Of a stretch of 64,000 bases of DNA, positions 1-8,919 are shown in pieces; position 1 is the stretch's first letter, and every line of letters begins with the position of its first letter. Below the pieces are notes generated by a model that ran no database searches, was not told the origin of the DNA, and worked only from the letters and a program-made list of their open reading frames with translations. The position numbers and the translations under genes were made by a program. This DNA is from a virus, in the IMG/VR virus record IMGVR_UViG_3300036399_001297, positions 19,005 to 83,004 of that record. One strand, given 5' to 3'.

Positions 1-1
1 A

Positions 2-121
2 TATTTTCACCACCAACATAAATATATTCCGGATCATGATGAGATAAAATCTATATCAAAAGACGAATTAATTGTTTTTATGGGAGATTTGCAACAAAAT
101 TATGCTACATATGGAAAATGA
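2..121 (+). CDS. 3' end of an upstream gene (partial), possibly another glycosyltransferase-cluster protein
   Basis: Open frame from nt 2 (YFHHQHKYIPDHDEIKSISKDELIVFMGDLQQNYATYGK*) ending TGA at 121, overlapping the ATG at 111. Confidence 0.45.
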   Translation, partial: YFHHQHKYIPDHDEIKSISKDELIVFMGDLQQNYATYGK

Positions 122-965
122 AAAAATTGGGTGTGCTTTAATAACCTGTGATAGACCCGATTTTTATAAAAAATCGTTAAATTCTTTATTGGATGCGGCT
201 CAAGATAAAAATATAGAATATGTTGTAATAAATGATGGATTAGATAAGCTTCCCCTTTATCCTGTTAATTTTATCGAAACTGGTGGTAAAAAAGGCGTTG
301 CTGTTGCTAAAAATCTAGGGTTAAAATTTTTGATTGATACCGGATGCACACATTTATTTTTAATGGAGGACGACATTGAGATAGTTGATAATAATGTATT
401 TTCTGAATATATAAAAACCTCAAAAAAGACCGGAATAAAACATTTAAATTTTGGATTGCACGGAAACCATAATAGAGATTCTTTCGGGAATCCTACTATT
501 ATAAAATCTATTAATTATGGAAATAATACTATTATAGATTTATACCCAAATATTTTAGGAGCATTTAGTTACTATCATAAATCAGTAATAGAAAAAATTG
601 GTTTTATAGATGAAGAATATTATTTAAGTATGGAACATGTAGATCATACATATAAAGCATCTTTAAATAACTATACAAGCCCTTGGAGATATTTTGCGGA
701 TATTCATAGATCGCATGAATATCTTATAGATATTGTACCAGACCATCAACAAAGTAAAATTAGAAACGAATCAAATTTTCAAGAAATTTTTAAAAAAGGA
801 TTAGATCTTTTTATAAAAAAGAATGGTTTCAGCGTTGTACAAGGATACGGACCCAAAGAAAATTTTGTAGATGAAAAAACCTGTAGAGAAAAACTTAAAG
901 AAATTTATCACATGACAAATATTTTACCTACAGCAGAATCTACCAAATTATCAACCCAAGCATAG
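111..965 (+). CDS. GT-A fold (GT2-like) glycosyltransferase
   Basis: KIGCALITCDRP start, VINDG, GVAVAKN, LMEDD (DxD-like), GFIDEEY..EHVD; paralogous to N-half of 3641..5101. Start placed at M14 (ATG 111). Confidence 0.85.
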   Translation: MENEKIGCALITCDRPDFYKKSLNSLLDAAQDKNIEYVVINDGLDKLPLYPVNFIETGGKKGVAVAKNLGLKFLIDTGCTHLFLMEDDIEIVDNNVFSEYIKTSKKTGIKHLNFGLHGNHNRDSFGNPTIIKSINYGNNTIIDLYPNILGAFSYYHKSVIEKIGFIDEEYYLSMEHVDHTYKASLNNYTSPWRYFADIHRSHEYLIDIVPDHQQSKIRNESNFQEIFKKGLDLFIKKNGFSVVQGYGPKENFVDEKTCREKLKEIYHMTNILPTAESTKLSTQA

Positions 966-1786
966 ACTTCGGTTTCAAAATAGGAAATAATATCATCTAT
1001 TTCTTCTTGAAGTTCTGGTGTTATTTGTACAGAATACGGACCTTGAGGAGTTCCCCAAGTAAAATATGTAGGCAAAACTTTAGGAAATTCTCTATTAAAA
1101 ACAATTTTTCCGGTTATTATATATTGAGCTATTACTTCATTTGTAAACTCATAAACATTTCTTAATTTTCTATCTCTTGCTGATTTAAAAGTACCTAGAG
1201 CATGAGCAACTTGTCTTTGAATTTCTCTTATATTTCTTATTTTTTTAAAATCGGGTTCATAACTAGAAACTTTTAAATTTCTTTTATAAATTTTTTCGGA
1301 AACACTATTGATCATTTTTTGAAGCATATTATCAAGTTGAATATATTCGTAACTATTACCATTAATATCACCAGATCTTCTTAGAGCATGACCGAATCGA
1401 TGCGCTAATGTCCACGCAGTAGTAGGTACTTTTTCGGCTCCTTTATTATTAGTAAAAAAAATTGTAATATTATTTTCATTAATAGGAATATCTAATTTTA
1501 ATTTATCTCTAATAAAATAAGGATCTACTTCGCCAACTTCGGTATATTTCCATCCTTCTTTTGTAGAAACCATATAGATATCAAAATCCTGTCTGGTTTT
1601 AGCCCAAAGTTTTTTTATTTTTTCTACACCAGCATTACTAGTTAATATACCACGACTTGCCTTATCGTATCCTCTTTTTTTAGAAGTCGGTTCCCATTCA
1701 CCAACTAAATTAAAACTATCTATCGGTGCCTCTTTTAATAAATTAGAATATATGTTTTCTAAAAAAATTTGATCATTATCTCTCAT
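908..1786 (-). CDS. hypothetical protein with HRFGH (HExxH-like) motif; candidate virion-packaged protein
   Basis: 292-aa ORF; WTLAHRFGHA and a later EVIAQY; N-terminus ...LENIYSNLLKEA. Confidence 0.6.
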   Translation of the reverse strand: MRDNDQIFLENIYSNLLKEAPIDSFNLVGEWEPTSKKRGYDKASRGILTSNAGVEKIKKLWAKTRQDFDIYMVSTKEGWKYTEVGEVDPYFIRDKLKLDIPINENNITIFFTNNKGAEKVPTTAWTLAHRFGHALRRSGDINGNSYEYIQLDNMLQKMINSVSEKIYKRNLKVSSYEPDFKKIRNIREIQRQVAHALGTFKSARDRKLRNVYEFTNEVIAQYIITGKIVFNREFPKVLPTYFTWGTPQGPYSVQITPELQEEIDDIISYFETEVYAWVDNLVDSAVGKIFVM

Positions 1787-2055
1787 TTTTTCTTTTTTCT
1801 TTTTTTAGGAACACAGTTAGGAACCATTCTTTTTCCCTTTTTCTTCATTCCTTGCTGCTCATATCCTTCCCAACAAGCTTCTAATATCATATTAAAATCT
1901 AAATATGATTCTGTCTGAGATTCGTTTTCACTAGATGATATAGCACCGATTTGAGCTACTGCTTTCTTTTTAGTACCATGCGTACCAAAACATTTATTTC
2001 CTGCTTTTTTACAAACTTTATATTTATTACCGGATTTTTTTATAGTGTAGGGCAT
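1783..2055 (-). CDS. small basic protein with CWEGYEQQGMKKKGKRMVPNCVP motif
   Basis: Motif recognisable from T4-like phage hypothetical proteins; start moved to ATG 2055, 5 nt downstream of TAAGTA. Confidence 0.65.
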   Translation of the reverse strand: MPYTIKKSGNKYKVCKKAGNKCFGTHGTKKKAVAQIGAISSSENESQTESYLDFNMILEACWEGYEQQGMKKKGKRMVPNCVPKKRKKKK

Positions 2056-2069
2056 ATTATTACTTATTA

Positions 2070-3569
2070 CTAACAATTAGCATTATCGTATGTACAAGAT
2101 CCATCGTCACACATATAGTTAACATTTGGATTATAATTAGATGAACAATAGTCTGTACATCCTCTTACTTCTGGTAAACATGAACCATCATCAAATTGAG
2201 CCGAATAACTATAATTCGAAGAACATGGATTTGTACAACCAAAATATTCAGGACAATTTGCATAATCGTAATTACAAGACCCATCATCACATAAAACAGA
2301 TGGGTTATAGTTAGATGAACAATAATCATTTAAACAACCCTTACTTTCAGCATTACACGATCCGTCATCTATTACCGCAGTATAATCATAATTCGATGAA
2401 CATGGATTTGTACATCCATATGTTATTAGAGTTCCGATTGCGTTTTGATATTCTATTGGATATCCGCCATATTGATCGGTGCAATTTGAACAAGTTCTAC
2501 TTTGTTGAAAGTATTGTCCTTGCGGAACAGTGGAAGGATCAGGTGTCCAAGATGTCCAATTTGGTGTTGTAATACCAACAGCAGATTTAGTTTGATTCGT
2601 AAAACAACCTCCCAAGTCACTTCTAGATTGTGTGAAAATTGTATTAAAGCAATAGTTAGTCGGTTCTGGTGTCCAATTTGACCAATTAGGAGTTGTACAA
2701 GGTTCTGAATACTCATAGGTTCTTATAACACCGCTTTCACATTTAACGCCTGCCCAAGATACACTTCCAACTTCAGGTGGACATGTACCACAATTCTGCG
2801 AACTTGCGTATCTTCCGTATTCATCATAATTCCATATATATTCTCCTAATTGAATAAATTCACAATTCGTTTCTCTGCCATAACCATATCTTAAATTTGG
2901 TTGTATCGTACATGTGAAATTTAATATACAATCACCTCCGGTATTACAATATGGATCATAATAACTAAGAATACTACCACTACCGAAACCACTGCAATCA
3001 TCTGGACCGCAACTTCCAGTATGATATGCAGAATCTGGTGGATACTCAATTTTCATTTCTCTTGTTTTGTAATAAGTACCGTTAGATAAAAATTTACAGC
3101 TTGTATTTACTATAGGTGCTGGCGGCGTCCATTCGGGTAAAACTATTAAAGTAGGCGTAGGATTAGGTGTATTAGTAGGTGTTCCTGTTGGTGTATTAGT
3201 AGGTGTTCCTGTTGGTGTATTAGTAGGCGTCTCTGTCGGAGTATTAGTAGGTGTCTCTGTCGGAGTATTTGTTGGTATAGGTGTATTAGTAGGTGTTCCT
3301 GTAGGTGTTATAGTGGGATTATTAGTAGGTAAAGGTGTATTAGTAGGTGTTCCGGTAGGAGTGCTAGTAGGAACCAGAGACGGTACAGGCGTGGGTGTAG
3401 GAGGAACTGGTGTAGAAGTAGGTCTAGGTGTGGGGGTAGGTGTATACAAATAGTCAGTATCACAACACGTAATTGTTTTACCATCAAGACATTCAAAAAC
3501 CATATGTGGAATTTTTCCATAATCCACAGATTTAAAACGACCTCCAGCTAAATTTATTTTATTATACAC
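2070..3569 (-). CDS. Thr/Pro-rich and Cys-rich repeat protein (putative virion surface/adhesin-like)
   Basis: PT(N/G/E)TP tract, two WxxWTP..QSR..C units, four GCxxxCSSNY..DDGSC units, about 34 Cys; GTG start 6 nt after TAAGTA. Confidence 0.7.
   Translation of the reverse strand: MYNKINLAGGRFKSVDYGKIPHMVFECLDGKTITCCDTDYLYTPTPTPRPTSTPVPPTPTPVPSLVPTSTPTGTPTNTPLPTNNPTITPTGTPTNTPIPTNTPTETPTNTPTETPTNTPTGTPTNTPTGTPTNTPNPTPTLIVLPEWTPPAPIVNTSCKFLSNGTYYKTREMKIEYPPDSAYHTGSCGPDDCSGFGSGSILSYYDPYCNTGGDCILNFTCTIQPNLRYGYGRETNCEFIQLGEYIWNYDEYGRYASSQNCGTCPPEVGSVSWAGVKCESGVIRTYEYSEPCTTPNWSNWTPEPTNYCFNTIFTQSRSDLGGCFTNQTKSAVGITTPNWTSWTPDPSTVPQGQYFQQSRTCSNCTDQYGGYPIEYQNAIGTLITYGCTNPCSSNYDYTAVIDDGSCNAESKGCLNDYCSSNYNPSVLCDDGSCNYDYANCPEYFGCTNPCSSNYSYSAQFDDGSCLPEVRGCTDYCSSNYNPNVNYMCDDGSCTYDNANC
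3155..3445 (-). repeat. coding tandem repeat (12/24-nt units) encoding PTNTPT(G/E)T
   Basis: Recurrent ggtgtattagtaggtgttcct / gtctctgtcgga units. Confidence 0.85.
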
Positions 3570-3640
3570 TTTGAATACTTATTTTTTTTTACAAAAAATA
3601 TTGATATTTATTGTTTTTGTAATAATATATAATATAAATT

Positions 3641-5101
3641 ATGCCAAAAATTGGAGTAGCTATTATAACCTTTAACAGACCCGACTATTATAAACAAGTA
3701 TTAGAAAAGATACCAAAAAATAAAATAGATCATTTAATTGTTATAAATGATGGTAAAAATGTATATGTTGAAAATAATGATGCTGATTGTGTTATAAAAA
3801 ATAATACTCAATTAGGGGTAGCCATTTCAAAAAATAAAGCTCTAAAAATTTTAATAGAAAAATACGAGTGTGATTATATCTTTATAGTCGAAGATGATGT
3901 TTTAATTTTAGATGAAAACGTTTTTGATATTTATATTGATACTGCAAATATTTTTGGGGTGCATCATTTAAATTTTGAAAAGGTTGCAGGAAATGATAAG
4001 ACTTTAAAATATTCGTATGAATCACCGTCAGGACATTCTATTGGTTTTTATCACAACCCTCAAGGAGCATTTTCATTTTTCAATAGCAATATAATTAAAA
4101 AGTTAGGATACTTTGATGAAAATTATACTAATGCATTTGAACATATTGATTTAGAATATAATTTAGCTAAAAATAAAGTAGCACCACCCTTTTGGTATTT
4201 TCCTGATGTTTTACATTCCGACAAACTTTTAACTACCATTGAAGGAAGTGATGAAAATTCTACTATAACAAATAAAGAAAAATACAGAGAAAATTGGGAT
4301 AAATCAGCCGAATATTTTGTAAAGAAACATGGATTTTTTACAAATACGATTCAAGAAATAGATAAAAAACTTCTACCGATGTTTTTAATACATCTTGAAA
4401 AAAATTATAGCAGAAAAAAACTATACAATAAGAATAAAAAGTTAGCAATCATAATTCCTTACAGAGACAGAAAATTAGCATTGGATACTATTATACCAAA
4501 ACTGTCCGAATATGTGTCAAAACAAGTTGAAAATTTTGAAATGTTTGTTGTAGAACAAGACAATAATAATCCTTTTAATAAAGGACTATTAAACAATCTC
4601 GGATTTTTAATAAATCCTGATTTTGATTATTATTGTTTTCATGATGTTGATTTGATACCAGAATTTTCGGATTATTCTTATCCCGAAAAACCAACACATT
4701 TAAGTTCTCATTGTAGTCAATTTAATTATATTAATATTCCAGATAAAATAATGGGAGGAGTTATAACTTTTCAAAAAGAACATTTTATAAAAGTAAACGG
4801 ATATCCTAACAATTTTGAAGGATGGGGGAAAGAAGATGATTGCTTATATTTGAGATGTGAAAAAAATAATTTAAATCCGTATAAACATCCATTCGGCCGA
4901 TATTTTTCAGTACCTCATCAACATAGATTAACAAATGAAATTGAAAATGAATTACATCTAAAAAACGGTAAAAAGTTTAAAGAAGAATCCGAAGGATTAT
5001 CTAACGGAGATATCAATGGGTTATCAACCATTGACATTAATAAATTTTTACTTAATATTAAGAAGGAAAATTTATATACACATATAAAAATTAAATTATA
5101 A
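3641..5101 (+). CDS. two-domain glycosyltransferase: GT2-like + GT7 (beta-1,4-galactosyltransferase-like)
   Basis: N-half IVEDD; C-half KLAIIIPYRDR, VVEQ, FNKGLLNNLGF, FHDVDL, KVNGYPNNFEGWGKEDD, the characteristic GT7 motifs. Confidence 0.85.
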   Translation: MPKIGVAIITFNRPDYYKQVLEKIPKNKIDHLIVINDGKNVYVENNDADCVIKNNTQLGVAISKNKALKILIEKYECDYIFIVEDDVLILDENVFDIYIDTANIFGVHHLNFEKVAGNDKTLKYSYESPSGHSIGFYHNPQGAFSFFNSNIIKKLGYFDENYTNAFEHIDLEYNLAKNKVAPPFWYFPDVLHSDKLLTTIEGSDENSTITNKEKYRENWDKSAEYFVKKHGFFTNTIQEIDKKLLPMFLIHLEKNYSRKKLYNKNKKLAIIIPYRDRKLALDTIIPKLSEYVSKQVENFEMFVVEQDNNNPFNKGLLNNLGFLINPDFDYYCFHDVDLIPEFSDYSYPEKPTHLSSHCSQFNYINIPDKIMGGVITFQKEHFIKVNGYPNNFEGWGKEDDCLYLRCEKNNLNPYKHPFGRYFSVPHQHRLTNEIENELHLKNGKKFKEESEGLSNGDINGLSTIDINKFLLNIKKENLYTHIKIKL

Positions 5102-5103
5102 TC

Positions 5104-5643
5104 ATGAATAAAAAATTATCAATTTTGATGTGCGGTTTGAAAGACAGAGAGCCGCTATTAATGAACTTGGCTAAAATTTTGAAAACTCAAGGTGATGGGC
5201 GTATAGAAATATTAGCAAATATAGACGCAGGAGAATCCTCTATTGGAAAAAAAAGAAATGAACTTTTATATTCTGCAAAAGGAGAATATGTTTGTTTCGT
5301 TGATGACGATGATATGATATCACCATATTACATATCAAAAATATTAAATGGTATAGAAACAAATCCTGACTGTGTAGGTATTAAAGGTGTGATAGTACAA
5401 CGAAATATACAACCAAGAATATTTATACATTCGGTACAATATAAGGATTGGTACGAAGAAAATAAAATATATTATAGGTGTCCAAATCATTTAAACCCAA
5501 TAAAAAGAGAAATAGCCAAACAAGTAGGATTTCCTGATGTATCCTATCATGAAGATCAAAATTTTTCATTAAGAGTTAAAGACCTTTTAAAAACCGAATC
5601 GTTTATAGACGAACCACTTTATTTTTATTATCCATCAAAATAA
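5104..5643 (+). CDS. GT2-like glycosyltransferase
   Basis: KLSIL, SIGKKRN, AKGEYVCFVDDDD, HEDQNF. Confidence 0.85.
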   Translation: MNKKLSILMCGLKDREPLLMNLAKILKTQGDGRIEILANIDAGESSIGKKRNELLYSAKGEYVCFVDDDDMISPYYISKILNGIETNPDCVGIKGVIVQRNIQPRIFIHSVQYKDWYEENKIYYRCPNHLNPIKREIAKQVGFPDVSYHEDQNFSLRVKDLLKTESFIDEPLYFYYPSK

Positions 5644-5644
5644 T

Positions 5645-6910
5645 ATGCAGACAGATCATAAACTTTTAATCAAATTTCCCACCAGAAACAGACCAGAAAA
5701 ATTTTTTTCGGTTCTTGATGAATATATAAAAAAGGCAAATAATTTAAACAAAATTGCTTTCCTGATTACTCTTGATAATGACGATCAATCTATGAAAAAA
5801 AATATCCATAGATTGGAAGAGTATAAAAAAATATGTAAATTAGTATATTTTTTCGGTGACAGCAAAACGAAAATACAAGCTTGTAACGCAGACATAAATA
5901 AGGTTTCTGGTTGGGATATTATTTTATTGGCCTCTGATGATATGATTCCGATTATAAATGGATACGATGATATTATTAGAAAAGATATGAATGATTTTTT
6001 TGGGGATATGGACGGAGTTTTGTGGTATAATGATGGCGGACAAAATCGAATCAATACCCTTTCTATATTAGGAAAAAAATACTACGAGAGATTTGGTTAT
6101 ATTTATCATCCAGATTATATTAGCCTTTGGTGCGATAACGAATTCACCGAAGTATCGGAACGTTTAAATAAAGTATATAAATCCGATAAAATTATTATAG
6201 AACATAAACATCCAGCATACCAAAAAACAAATTATGATGAATTGTATGTAAGAAACGAATCATACTTTAGCATAGATAAAGAAATATACGAAAGAAGAAA
6301 CGCTAAAAATTTTGATTTAGATGAAAAAGATTATCCTATAAGTTTATCGATTTTGACTCCGTCCGTACCAGAAAGGATAGAATCGCATCTAATTCCTCTT
6401 TTAAATAAAATTAAAGGTCAAATCGGAGATTTGCCAATAGAACATTTAGTTTTAATAGATAATAAAAAAAGAAGCATTGGTTATAAAAGAGATAGTTTGG
6501 TGAAAACCGCTAAAGGAAAATATTTGGCGTTTGTTGATGACGATGATGATATATCAGAAGATTATGTTTCTGAATTATATGACGCAATATCAAAAACTAA
6601 TGTAGATGTGATAACATTTGACCAATATTGTTATGTCAACGATAATGGAGTTAGTGTTATAAATTTTTCATTGAATCATAAAGAAAATGAAAATTACCGC
6701 CCAAACTCTAATATAAAAAGAATGCCTTTCCATGTGTGCGCTTGGAGAAGTAAAATAGCCCAAAAATATGATTTTGTCGATTTAAATTACTCCGAAGATT
6801 GGTATTGGTGTGAGCAACTTTTAAAAGAAACAAAAACAGAATTTCATATAGATAAAATTTTACACTCATATATCTATAGTGATAAAGTTACAACAACACC
6901 TCATAGATAA
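5645..6910 (+). CDS. tandem two-domain GT2-like glycosyltransferase
   Basis: Domain 1 FPTRNRP/LASDDM/WCDNEF; domain 2 LSILTPS/AKGKYLAFVDDDDD/SEDWYW. Confidence 0.85.
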   Translation: MQTDHKLLIKFPTRNRPEKFFSVLDEYIKKANNLNKIAFLITLDNDDQSMKKNIHRLEEYKKICKLVYFFGDSKTKIQACNADINKVSGWDIILLASDDMIPIINGYDDIIRKDMNDFFGDMDGVLWYNDGGQNRINTLSILGKKYYERFGYIYHPDYISLWCDNEFTEVSERLNKVYKSDKIIIEHKHPAYQKTNYDELYVRNESYFSIDKEIYERRNAKNFDLDEKDYPISLSILTPSVPERIESHLIPLLNKIKGQIGDLPIEHLVLIDNKKRSIGYKRDSLVKTAKGKYLAFVDDDDDISEDYVSELYDAISKTNVDVITFDQYCYVNDNGVSVINFSLNHKENENYRPNSNIKRMPFHVCAWRSKIAQKYDFVDLNYSEDWYWCEQLLKETKTEFHIDKILHSYIYSDKVTTTPHR

Positions 6911-7600
6911 ATGAAAAAAATGATAACTTTTTGTCTTTTTGGTGATAAAAAGATCTTTCAAGAGGGGGCAATTAAAAACATAAAATTGTCTCAAGAAATA
7001 TATCCAGATTGGATATTAAAATTTTATGTATTCAAAGAAGATTTTAATTTTTCATCAAGACTCGAAAACTATAAAAATGTAGAAGTTGAAAAAATTGATA
7101 AAGATGGAGGGTTTTATTCGACTATTTATAGATTTTTACCATTAAGCGATCCGAGTATTAATTATTTTATATCAAGAGATTGCGATTCTCGTATATCTTA
7201 TAGGGAGAAACTTGCGGTAGATGAATGGATAAATTCAAATAAATGTTTTCATATAATGAAAGATCATCCTTTTCATATAACACCGGAATATCCTATTTTA
7301 GCTGGTATGTTTGGATCAAAGGGAGGCATTTTTCCTGATATTAAAAACTATATGAAAAATATATGTAAAAATTTTGAGGATCAAAAAGGAATAGATCAAA
7401 AGTTTTTATACCATTTATATCATGATTATGTAAAAAATGATTATATATTGCATCATTCTGAAAACTTTCCTACACCTAGAGACTTTAAAAAAGATAAAAT
7501 ATTTTTTGTGGGTCAAGCCTTTGATGAGAATGATAATTTTCACGCCAACTGGAAAGTTGATTTAGAAAAATTAGGTATAAATATAAATAACTATCAATGA
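6911..7600 (+). CDS. putative GT-A glycosyltransferase-like protein
   Basis: ITFCLFG, YRFLP, ISRDCDSR (DxD), ILAGMFG, DQKFL; cluster context. Confidence 0.6.
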   Translation: MKKMITFCLFGDKKIFQEGAIKNIKLSQEIYPDWILKFYVFKEDFNFSSRLENYKNVEVEKIDKDGGFYSTIYRFLPLSDPSINYFISRDCDSRISYREKLAVDEWINSNKCFHIMKDHPFHITPEYPILAGMFGSKGGIFPDIKNYMKNICKNFEDQKGIDQKFLYHLYHDYVKNDYILHHSENFPTPRDFKKDKIFFVGQAFDENDNFHANWKVDLEKLGININNYQ

Positions 7601-8271
7601 TTTATATATATCATCATTTAGGTCTAGGGGATCATATAATATGTAATGGTTTGGTCAGATCGTTAATAAAAAATAATTTAGAATATACTTTGTTCGTTAG
7701 ACCCCAATATTTAAATAGTGTTAAATATATGTATAAGGATTTAACAAATTTATCATTTAAAGAAGGATGTGATAACAGTATAAATAATTTTTTATATAGT
7801 ATAGATGTTCACAATCAAATTAGAATAGGATTTATACAAGCACCAGAAAATTATTCTTGGGATGAATATTTTTATATCCAAAAAAACATATCATTCATAA
7901 ATAGATGGGAAATGTTTAAAATAGATAGAGATTTTTATAAAGAAGATGAACTGTTTAATAAATTAAATCCAGAAAATTCTAAATTTGCTTTGATACATAA
8001 TGCTGGTAGTGATGGTAATGATCGTATAGATTATTCTAAAATAGATCCAACCTTAAAAATTATTAAAGTTTCTCCCGAACACACAGATAACATTTTTAGT
8101 TATTTAGGATTGGTTTATAGAGCAGAAGAGATACATTGCGTAGAATCTTGTTTTAATGTGTTAGTTGATTCTCTAGACGTTAATACTAAATTATTTTATC
8201 ACAAAAATCATAATAGAAGAAGTGTAGAAAAAAATCAACATAAACTTAAAAAACAATGGATTATAGTATAA
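7597..8271 (+). CDS. putative glycosyltransferase (GT9-like GLGD motif)
   Basis: HHLGLGDHI at N-terminus, AEEIHCVESCF near C-terminus. Confidence 0.55.
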   Translation: MIYIYHHLGLGDHIICNGLVRSLIKNNLEYTLFVRPQYLNSVKYMYKDLTNLSFKEGCDNSINNFLYSIDVHNQIRIGFIQAPENYSWDEYFYIQKNISFINRWEMFKIDRDFYKEDELFNKLNPENSKFALIHNAGSDGNDRIDYSKIDPTLKIIKVSPEHTDNIFSYLGLVYRAEEIHCVESCFNVLVDSLDVNTKLFYHKNHNRRSVEKNQHKLKKQWIIV

Positions 8272-8906
8272 AAAATTTTGAAGAATATTATGATGTATTA
8301 CCAAACGGATTAATACATCAAAAAAAAATTATAAATGAAATTAAAAAATATGATTTTGAATATGTAAATGATCGATACAATTTGTATGGCGATCAATGCG
8401 ATATGATGTCTTATTTAAGGTATGGTTTTTTAATGGGTGCTATAAAAGAAATACCAAAATCTATATTGGATGTTGGGTATGGTAATGGAAGTTTTTTAAA
8501 AATATGTAAAAATTCAATTAAAACTTGTTATGGTAATGATATTTCGGGGTATCCCTTACCTAAAAATGTTTATTTCGTGGATGATATAACAAAAGATTAT
8601 TACGATGTTATTAGTTTTTTCGATGTTTTAGAGCATTTTGGTGATATAAATATAATAAAAAAATTAAATTGTAAATATATTTATATAAGTGTTCCAGAGT
8701 GTCATTTTATTAACAAAGAATGGTTTTGGAATTGGAAGCATCGTAGACCAGACGAACATTTATGGCACTTCAATATTGATTCTATAACGTCTTTTTTTAA
8801 AACAAATGGTTTCGATTTAGTTTCATCATCAAACGTGGAAGATATCATCAGAAAACCTTCCGACGAAACATCAAATATTTTATCTTGTGTTTTCCAAAAA
8901 AAATAA
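8256..8906 (+). CDS. class I SAM-dependent methyltransferase
   Basis: SILDVGYGNGSFL motif I; YDVISFFDVLEH; EHLWHF. Confidence 0.85.
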   Translation: MDYSIKNFEEYYDVLPNGLIHQKKIINEIKKYDFEYVNDRYNLYGDQCDMMSYLRYGFLMGAIKEIPKSILDVGYGNGSFLKICKNSIKTCYGNDISGYPLPKNVYFVDDITKDYYDVISFFDVLEHFGDINIIKKLNCKYIYISVPECHFINKEWFWNWKHRRPDEHLWHFNIDSITSFFKTNGFDLVSSSNVEDIIRKPSDETSNILSCVFQKK

Positions 8907-8919
8907 TATAATATTTTAA

